The notes under the pieces: model-generated
What the model was told of the DNA's origin: nothing
What the model saw: only the letters and a program-made list of their open reading frames with translations
The model's database searches: none
Part shown: positions 8,198-16,369 of the stretch, piece by piece
Layout: each line of letters opens with the position of its first letter
How positions within the stretch are numbered: the stretch's first letter is position 1
DNA from: Chrysochromulina tobinii
Lineage: Eukaryota
DNA length: 22,012 nucleotides
NCBI GenBank assembly: GCA_001275005.1
Contig: JWZX01003203.1
Span: 62,001-84,012 of the forward strand
Direction of reading: 5' to 3'
Made by a program: the position numbers and the translations under genes

Positions 8198-11100
8198 TTA
8201 CAGTTTGCGCAGATTGGCTGGCTTCAAGGCAACCGTGCTCCCATCCTGCAGCCGCACAGAGTACCGCCCGCGCTCGCTGTCCCAACCGGCGGCCGTCCCC
8301 GTCCTGTCATTGAGCTCCGGCTTCGCCACGAGCCCATGCACCAGCACCTGCTCGCCAACGAGCCTTCCAGCACTTGGGTTGGGTGACGACGAAGACGGCG
8401 CCGTTCCTGGCACAGATTGTGTCCCTGGCTGTGGCTCCTGTGGAGTGTCAAGCTGTCGCAGGTTGGCTGGCTTGAAGGACAGCAAGCTCCCATCCTGCAG
8501 CCGCACAGAGTACCGCCCGTGCTCGCTGTCCCAGCCAGCGGCGGTCCCCGTCCTGTTGTTGAGCTCCGGCTTCGCCACAAGCCCATGCACCAGCACCTGC
8601 TTGCCGACGAGCGGCGCGCGCTTCGACTCTAGCGCCCTATGCAGGTCCATGACTTTGATCGTGTCGGGGTGCCGATCGCCGAGCGTCGCACGTCTATGCT
8701 CGACCAAAAGTGGCAGCGCCTCGTCGAGCTTGCCCTGGTCTTTCAGCAGATGTCCGAGATTCCTCATGAAGCCGAGTGTGTTAGGGTGCCGATCGCCGAG
8801 CGTCGCACGCATCGCCTCGAGCGCCTTGCGCACCAGCGGCTCCGCCTCGTCGAGCTTGCCCTGGGCATGCAGCAGCGCCCCCAGATTGCCGATGGAGGCG
8901 AGCGTGTAAGGATGCCGATCGCCGAGCGTCGCACGCTTCGCCTCGAGCGCCTCGCGCACCAGCGGCTCCGCCTCGTCGAGCTTGCCCTGGTTCTGCAGCA
9001 GCGACCCCAGATTTTGGATGGAGGTGAGCGTGTTAGGGTGCCGATCGCCGAGCGTCGCACGCCTCACCTCGAGCGCCTCGCGCACCAGCGGCTCCGCCTC
9101 GTCGAGCTTGCCCTGGTTCTGCAGCAGCGACCCCAGATTGCTGATGGAGGTGAGCGTGTCAGGGTGCCGATCGCCGAGCGTCGCACGCCTCACCTCGAGC
9201 GCCTCGCGCACCAGCGGCTCCGCCTCGTCGAGCTTGCCCTGGTCCTTCAGCAGCCCCCCCAGAGCGTTGATGGAGCAAAGCGTGTTAGGGTGCCGATCGC
9301 CGAGCGTCGCACGCATCGCCTCGAGCGCCTCGCGCCTCAGCGGCCCCGCCTCGTTGAGCTTGCCCTGATGATGAAGCAGCGATCCCAGATTGTGGATGGA
9401 GGCGAGCGTGTCTGGGTGCCGATCGCCGAGCGTCGCACGCCTCGCCTCGAGCGCCTCGCGCTTCAGCGGCTCCGCCTCGTCGAGCTTGCCCTGGTCCTGC
9501 AGCAGCGCCCCCAGATTGTTGATGGCGGCGAGCGTGTCAGGGTGCCGATCGCCGACTGTCGCACGCCTTGTCTCGAGCGCCTCGCGCAGCAGCGGCTCCG
9601 CCTCTTCGAGCTTGCCCTGGGACTTCAGCAGCGACCCCAGATTGTTGATTGAGCCGAGCGTGTCAGGGTGGCGATCGCCGAGCGTCGCACGCTGTGCCTC
9701 GAGCTCCTCGCGCCACAGCGGCTCCGCCTCGTCGAGCTTGCCCTGGGCATGCAGCAGCATCCCCAGCTGGTTCTGCAGCTCCGACGTCGCCCGCTCTTCG
9801 CGCGGCATGCGCGCCAGCGCCGCGCGGCCCTCCGCCGCGAGCCACTCGCGCAGCGCCTCCGAGAGCCGCGCATCCAGCTCCGTGTGACCGCCTTTTAGCG
9901 TGCGATCGATCGCCGCGTGGACCATCGCCTGATCCTCCCGTGTGAAGCACTCGGCCGAGCGCGAGTCGATGCGTGCCACGCTCGCCGCGATCACGTCAAA
10001 CTCATTCACCAGCGCCGCCTGAAAGTCGTCCGATTCCGCCGGCGGCAGCCGCACCCTCAGCGCCGACGACGCGCCGCCCGTTGTTCTTTGCGCCGTCAGA
10101 GTGCACAGCACCTCCCAGAGCATCCACGCTCGCCGAAGTGGCACCGCGTCCCGCCATGGCGCGAAGACGAGGCACGTGTGACCGATCGCGGCCGTCGTGA
10201 GCTGGAAGACGACGTCCCAGTTGCAAGGCCGTTGCGCCGTGCCCACATCGCCGATCCAGTGCTGGTACTGCGAAAAGATGTCGAGCCACACATAATGCCG
10301 CTCGTGCTCCTCTTCGGGCAGCGACGACACGTGCGCACACACGGCGTCGACGAGGTCGCGGAACAGGTACTTGCGCGCGTGCGAGACGAAGATGGTTGGT
10401 GCGGCGGCGAATGGCACGCCCGTCACGGGGTCGACTGCCCCCAATCGGACGAGGCACGCGGCCAGCGAGTCCCCTGCTGTCTCGGTGAGCGGCTTGCACA
10501 CGCGCTCGCACACGTCCTCGGTTGTGGTATCGACGAGCAGCGCCTCGTGTGCCCGAGCGAATGCGCGCAGGCACGCGACCGACACGCCGAGAAACGGCCA
10601 GTTGGGCAGCGCACCGACGGCCGCAGCAGACACCACGCGCTCCATTGGCGCGTCTCCGTCGCCGAGCCGCTCGAGGCGGACGCGCCACCGCCCGTCGGAA
10701 GATCCGAGCTCCTCGAGGTTGGATGACTTGAGCGAGACAGTCTTGTTGTGCGGCGCATCGAGACGAACGAACACGCGCTCGTCCAGGGCAGGCCCTTCGA
10801 CCTCACCGACGCTTCCGTTGAGCTCGGGCTTGCTCGCGAGTCCATGAACCCGCACCCGGCTCCTAGCGAGCTTCTCGAGGAGCGTGACACCCTGTGTAGT
10901 CAGCAGAGGGGCGCGGTGAGAGACAGCGCAATGCACTCAGGCGTCACTGAAGGGGGTTTTGCGGTGTGCAATCCACCCGTCTTATCTTCGCACCACAGAT
11001 ATGAGGCGGGGCCGCGCGCCCGCACGCATGGCCGTGACACAACTCGATCGGCGTCCACGCACCTGGCCATTGAGCTCCGGCTCGTCCTGCAGGCCAAACA

Positions 11101-11701
11101 GCGCCGCCGGGTCGCCTGCCGAGAGCGCCCTCCGAGCTGCCTTCGCATCCTCGCTCTCGGGCTCGAGCGACCCGATCCCGAGCCAGTCGGCCTTGCGCGC
11201 CGCCAGCCGCAGCGGCGCCAGGCGCACCGCCTTCATCCACATGTCGCGGCCCACCCTCCACGAGAATGTGACGTCGGAAGCTGTCACTGTGATCTCCTCC
11301 ACTGGCCGCTGGTCGCCACCAGTCCTGGCTCGAATGACCCACTCACCCGGCCGGCCCTCGCGCAGAAGGTCGCCCTCCAGGCCGACACCGGCGACGGTGG
11401 CGACAACAGGATCGCCTGGACGCAGCGGCTGATGGCGCTGCCGCTCCACCACGACGTGGACGAGCGAGGTCACACCGTCGGACGTGAGGACGTCGAAGCC
11501 ATCCTCGGTCGCCTCAACGAGTGTCGCATCGAGCGACACGCCGGGCAGGTACTCTTCCATGTCCTTTGCAGCCATGTAGGTGCGGCTCCAATCGTATGGT
11601 GGGGCGATTACGAGGTGCCGCGTCGGGCAAGGACGGTCGGTGGGCACGCGCGCCGTCGCGATGGCGTGAAGCAGCGCGCGTTCCGCGAGGGAGTCCTCCA
11701 T
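8198..11701 (-). CDS. ~1110-aa protein with HET/TIR-like domain, 9 kinesin-light-chain-type TPRs and SH3/KOW-like GLxxKPELN modules; exons 11701..11063 and 10891..8198
   Basis: A phase-0 intron joins ORF 10982..11728 to ORF 8198..10936. Motifs FVSH (10379-10390), WLD (10280-10288), IGHTCLVFAPW and RAWMLWE (10112-10132). The 42-aa repeats read NLGxLLxxQGKLDEAEPLxREALExxRATLGDRHPxTL. Confidence 0.85.
8201..8611 (-). repeat. Two near-identical 162-nt modules (8450..8611 and 8201..8362) encoding LVGxQVLVHGLVAKPELN...GRYSVRL...KPANL
   Basis: Direct comparison of the two translations; they are separated by a 29-aa Pro/Ser-rich linker. Confidence 0.9.
8655..9778 (-). repeat. Nine 126-nt tandem units encoding 42-aa TPRs (last unit shortened)
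   Basis: QGKL occurs nine times at 42-aa period; the DNA units are near-identical outside a few codons. Confidence 0.95.
10892..11062 (-). other. Intron, 171 nt, GT-AG, phase 0
   Basis: Minus strand GGCCAG|GTGCGT...ACACAG|GGTGTC, at the same position as intron 100..204. Confidence 0.85.
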
Positions 11702-11945
11702 CTTGCGAGCGAGGCAGGGTTCCGGCATGCTCGCTTTGTTGAAATGATTTTATTCACGAACGTGCTCACGCGACCTCAAGACCAGAAGCTCACGCAGCAC
11801 CGAGCTCCCCTCGGTCATGTGAGAGGGCGGTGTGATGCTCTCTCTCGGCAAAAAGTTAAAATAGAATCCCCATGTTGCAGCCGAATCCTGGGGTTTTCAC
11901 TCGATCACAACATACACGCGCTCCACCATTGTAGCAACCTTTCAA

Positions 11946-12902
11946 TCACTTGGCCCAAGCCGGCGGCGAGACGAGCATCATGTTGCTGGGTGCCTCGTCG
12001 GGTGGGTTGCAGTCGCCACGCGTCATCGTCAGTGAGAAGCACTCGCTGTAGTCGAAGGAGAGCGTGCTCGCCGCGGCCGCATCGAGCGCCCAGGTGGCCA
12101 CGCCACGCAGCCCAACGGCCGGGAAGCTCGACGGCGTCTCATCGCCCTCGATGCCACGCGCCATCGCTGCAGACTTGCCCTGCGGATACTTATCGGACAC
12201 GCCGCACGCTGCGATGAGCACCTCCTTGGCGGCCGCCATCACCGGCAGCGAGAGCGTGATCGAGCCGGGCTGCTTCTTCTCGACGGGCAGCACCCACCGG
12301 CCCGACGCGTCCAGCACTTCGTCGCGCCCCGGATAGAGCGAACCCACGTGCCCGTCATCGCCCACACCGATCAACATCATGTCAAAGATGGGGTAGCCCG
12401 CAGGGTTGACCGGCAGCTTGCTGGGTGGCACCGCGCGCATCTTCTCCTCGTAGGCGACCGCCTCAGCGACGGCGTCTTCACTCCCGCTCATCAGGATGCA
12501 GTCGATGCCCTTCCACGCGTCCAAAAACAGCTTCGAGGCCTTCGCATGCGTGGCCAGCTTGGCATCGTCCATCGGCACAGCCTTGTGGTTGACGTACGCG
12601 AGCGTGCAGTCCTTGGCCCACGCCGGGGAGCCGCCGAGCATCTTGAGAATCGAGCCACCAGGGATCGCGAGCGCAAAGTGGCCCTTCTGTGCGATGGCCT
12701 CTGCTGCCGCCGCCTCCACCCTTGCCATGACGTATTTACCGACAGCGTCTGCATCCGAGAAAATGTTCACTTTGCTGGCTGGCACAGGGGCGAGCTTCAT
12801 GTGCACATGCTGCGTACGTGCGTGCGGCACTTGGCCACGGCCAAGCACCAGGCCGGCTACCGCGGTGGAGAGGAGCAACATCACAAACACAACATTCCGC
12901 AT
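11946..12902 (-). CDS. PGL: 6-phosphogluconolactonase with N-terminal signal peptide (probably plastid-targeted)
   Basis: HFALAIPGGS, FDMMLIGVGDDGHVGSLYPG and SITLSLPVMAAAKEV motifs of the 6PGL/glucosamine-6-phosphate isomerase fold. Hydrophobic N-terminus MRNVVFVMLLLSTAVAG followed by an Arg/His-containing stretch without acidic residues. Confidence 0.88.
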   Translation of the reverse strand: MRNVVFVMLLLSTAVAGLVLGRGQVPHARTQHVHMKLAPVPASKVNIFSDADAVGKYVMARVEAAAAEAIAQKGHFALAIPGGSILKMLGGSPAWAKDCTLAYVNHKAVPMDDAKLATHAKASKLFLDAWKGIDCILMSGSEDAVAEAVAYEEKMRAVPPSKLPVNPAGYPIFDMMLIGVGDDGHVGSLYPGRDEVLDASGRWVLPVEKKQPGSITLSLPVMAAAKEVLIAACGVSDKYPQGKSAAMARGIEGDETPSSFPAVGLRGVATWALDAAAASTLSFDYSECFSLTMTRGDCNPPDEAPSNMMLVSPPAWAK

Positions 12903-13008
12903 AGAATCGGAGATTCACGAGATATTCCCACTGGGCCGGGGATCTTGCGCAAAGTTAGAGAAGGGAGAGTTTCGGGACGCTCTCTTTTATCCTAGCCTCA
13001 GTTCAGCA

Positions 13009-14256
13009 TCACCTCCAGTACGTACCCTTCTCGACGCCGTGCGCGCCGGCTGGCGTCTCGGCGGCGCTCGGCCGCACCCAATTGGCGAGGAGCGACTTGT
13101 TGAGCAAGGCCTGGTTGCCCGCGAGCTCGGCGGCCCAGCGCCGGCCGTAGACGCCAAACCAGAGCTGTAGCTCTCCACCGTGGTACAATGACGAGCGGTT
13201 CGTCGCGAGCAGGTGGGCGCCAAGAAGCATCCCAAGGCCTCCGCAGGCAATCATCGCGAGGTCGAAGTGGCCGGCCGCGTCCACACGCTCGATGAGGGTG
13301 TCCAGCGCGTCACGCCAGTCGGCGTTCTCCGTCTGGCGCGCCAGATTTTGGGGAGGCGCCACGATCTTGAATCGGATGGCCGGAGGCATGATGTGCTCGG
13401 CATAGGATCCCCACAACGCACGGCTGCCGCGGCTCAGCTGCTTGGCGATGCTCTCGTTGAACGGGTGCACCACGAGTACCGTCTTGCCCTGCAGCGCGCG
13501 CGTCCAAGCGAACACACGTGGCAGCAGATTCGCCTCCTCCTTGCCTGCGAGCAGCTCCTTGCGCATGTGATAGGCAGCGAGGAACCACGGGTTGAGACCG
13601 CGGTCTCCGATCACGCGCGCGGGGAAGTGGCCCGACTGCGCGAGCAGCACATCCGCCTTCTGGTGGTGCTTCGTGCCCGTGCGCGCGCACGTGTGATCGG
13701 GCTTGCGTAATGGCATGTACGGCCCGCCGCCCACGCGCACGATGACGTCGGACACGTTGATGGCCGCGGCATAGCAGCGTGCGTAGCTCATGGCATCTTC
13801 GTCATTGCGAGTCAGAATCCCGTTGAGCTGTTTGAGCACTCGCCGCTGTCCGGCAAGGAAGAGCGTCAGGTTGTCCATGGCATGCGTGCGGCCTGTCATC
13901 GCGCGACACGCGACCTCCTCGGGCGCGCCCATGCCTGGCCGGCCGACCATGAAGGGCTCGCCACTACGCAGCAAGCAGTGGATGCACTCGCTAAACGTGG
14001 CCGCCGAGCGCACGTCCAGCTTCCAGCTACGCTCGACTGCCGTCAGGTTGGCAAGCGCGGCGTCGTTGCTCTGGTAGGCCGGGCACGGCAGGCAGCCACC
14101 AACGGAGCGACGTGTCGGCAGGATACGCTCACGGCACGGGTGCCGTGCGGGCGGTCCGTTGGCATACTGGCCAGCCGGGGACCATGAGGCACCGCCGTCG
14201 CCCCAGATGTCGCCCGAAGAGCCGGCCGCGGCGCCGGTTGCGGCGATGGCTGCCAT
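13009..14256 (-). CDS. Conserved hypothetical protein, putative GT-D-fold-like glycosyltransferase, intronless
   Basis: WTRALQGKTVLVVHPF, FDLAMIACGGLG, HGGELQLWFGVYGRRW and terminal WVRP...ETP...VEKGTYW match, from memory, a family of proteins found in bacterial polysaccharide loci. The function is inferred. Confidence 0.65.
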   Translation of the reverse strand: MAAIAATGAAAGSSGDIWGDGGASWSPAGQYANGPPARHPCRERILPTRRSVGGCLPCPAYQSNDAALANLTAVERSWKLDVRSAATFSECIHCLLRSGEPFMVGRPGMGAPEEVACRAMTGRTHAMDNLTLFLAGQRRVLKQLNGILTRNDEDAMSYARCYAAAINVSDVIVRVGGGPYMPLRKPDHTCARTGTKHHQKADVLLAQSGHFPARVIGDRGLNPWFLAAYHMRKELLAGKEEANLLPRVFAWTRALQGKTVLVVHPFNESIAKQLSRGSRALWGSYAEHIMPPAIRFKIVAPPQNLARQTENADWRDALDTLIERVDAAGHFDLAMIACGGLGMLLGAHLLATNRSSLYHGGELQLWFGVYGRRWAAELAGNQALLNKSLLANWVRPSAAETPAGAHGVEKGTYWR

Positions 14257-14628
14257 CGGATGGTCGGGAAAGAACCCTCCTGTGAATTAACACGAAATGC
14301 GAGGCCGCGAAGCAACTCGTGAAATTGAATCGTGGGGGCCACGACCCCACGTTGCGTTACACGTGCTGGTAAGTGGGATGCAGTAAGGTCGGTTTTCTTA
14401 CAAGAACCGGGTAATGGGTTCACACTCGCGCACACTCTGAGTGACGCTCAAACCGACTGATGTCATCCACATCGCTCAACGTGTGTCGATCGTGGTTTTC
14501 GCCTCTCCACATCCAATGAAAACTCCGCTTTCGTCTCGCGTGCCGCGTTTTCTCGCTGTCGGTGTCGCTCTCGAAACTCGCAACAGCACGGCGAGGTTCC
14601 CAGAGGGTCGATGCTTTCCGGGCCGACG

Positions 14629-14918
14629 CTAAGGCGGCTGTGGAGGGAGGCCCCGTAGCGGTTGTGGCCGCGGGACGCCCGGCGGAACCATGGCGATCGC
14701 CGCCGCCATCGACGCCGGCGTGCTGCTGCCAAGGGCGCCGGTGCTCGACGCCCCTACGAGATGTCCTGGCAATGGCCGCATGGCGGTGGGTGGTGGCGCT
14801 GCTAAGGGTCTCATTGGAAAGCCCGATGGCATGGGGAGTGCATTGGAGAGCATTTGGTCGGCGGCGCGCTTGGGGGGCAAGATGGTGGGGGCGCTCGCTG
14901 CAGGCAGGCCGGCGGTGG

Positions 14919-14959
<41 letters not shown>

Positions 14960-16143
14960 AGGCGCTGCATGAACAACAACTGCTGCTGCTGCTGCTGCTG
15001 CTGCTGCATAAGCTGCTGCTGCAGATGCTGCTGGAATCCCTGCTGCTGCTGATACATCTGCTGCTGCTGCTGATACATCTGCGGCATCTGCGGCGGCATT
15101 TGCTGTGGCTGCAGCTGCGATGCCGGCGCCGCGGCAGCGGCCGGCAGCCCTCCAGGCGGTGCGAAGCCCGCCGTCGCTCGCGCGCGCGCCTGCGCATACA
15201 GATGCTGCTGCGCTTGCTCGGCGCTGGGCTGCGCAGCTGCCGCGGCGGCCTCGAGAGCTAAGCGCCTCTTCTGCTGCGCCTCGAGTAGGGCCTCTTGTTG
15301 CGCCTGCTGGAGCGCCTGCTGGGCCGCCTGCTGCTGGCGCTGCTTCTCCTGCTCCTGTCGCTGCTTCTCCTGCTCCTGCGCGAGGGCGAGCGCCTTGGCC
15401 TGCGCGAGCGCCTGCGCGTGCGCCTGCGCGACCGCCGGATGCAGCTGAAAGACGAGCCCCTTGCCATGCTCCGACGAGTGCCGTTCGCGCTCCACCACCA
15501 AATCGGGTCGTGCCTGGAGGGCACGCATCATGTTTGCGCGCCACTCCTCGCGCCGCGCGGGGCCCTGGCACGAGGCGCGCACGTGCGGGTACACGCGCCG
15601 TGCCCACTCCTCTACCTCCCCTAGTGTGAGAAGACCACCCGGCGTGTCGCGCAGGGCATTCGTGGCGAGATCGGCGAGCCCCATGGGCGGCGGTGCGTCG
15701 CCGCCCGCGCCCGCGAGCGCCGGCATGGGCAGCGGCGGCGGCGGTGTGCCGCGCGCTGGATGCGGAAACAGGATGGCGATCTCGTATGCGCCGATGCGCA
15801 CCGTGCTGCCAGAGACCACCCGCACGAGCGCCTTGCGGCCGTAGTGGACGCCGTCAATCCGCACCCCCGCCTCGCCGAGCACACGCACTTCGTGACTGAG
15901 GGAGAGCGGCTCGAAGATGAGCTCGAGGTGCGCCGTTTCGACGGCCGCATCCTGACCGACCATGCAGTGATCACCGTGGGCCCATGACTGCACGTGCATC
16001 GCGCCGCTTCCGATTGTGAGCGGCAGTGACGTCGCGTAGAAGCGCAGGCCCGGGCAAGTGCCTGTTGGTAGCCCGACGAGCTTTGCGTACGCCTCGATCG
16101 GGTCGGTGGGCTGTGACGGACCTTCCTGTTCATCGGGCGCCAT
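14629..16143 (-). CDS. Divergent FHA + forkhead (winged-helix) protein with polyQ tail, FOXK/Fkh-like architecture
   Basis: AYAKLVG...EVRVLGEAGVRIDG...SGSTVRIG...ILFP (~16098-15763) is FHA-like. PPMGLADLATNALRDTPGGLLTLGEVEEWARRVYP...W...GKGLVFQLHP (~15694-15436) follows forkhead spacing. The C-terminus is Q/P-rich. Confidence 0.7.
14921..15072 (-). repeat. CAG microsatellite tracts encoding polyglutamine
   Basis: Runs of ctg on the + strand, in frame as Q in the 14629..16146 ORF. Confidence 0.95.
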
Positions 16144-16369
16144 CACTCAGCGTCGTGCGGCTCTTAGTCCTAGCGCCGCGGCGTCGCGCCGCACGCACGC
16201 GACAGATGAGCCCACGCCGCGTGGTCTCTCAAGGACCGGCATTGATGAGGGCGCAATCAATTGCTCCGAAGCTCACAAGCCGCACACGAACGTCCGCAGA
16301 GACGATTTGGAGAAAGTCTCCTTCAAGTTTTTGTTTGACGAAAGGCGCCTCGTGGGCTTCTTGCGCGGA

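Noticed and set aside
8198..10936. Annotation as a true kinesin light chain, starting at 10936
   Set aside because: There is no heptad heavy-chain-binding region; only the TPR type is shared. Position 10936 lies within the intron.
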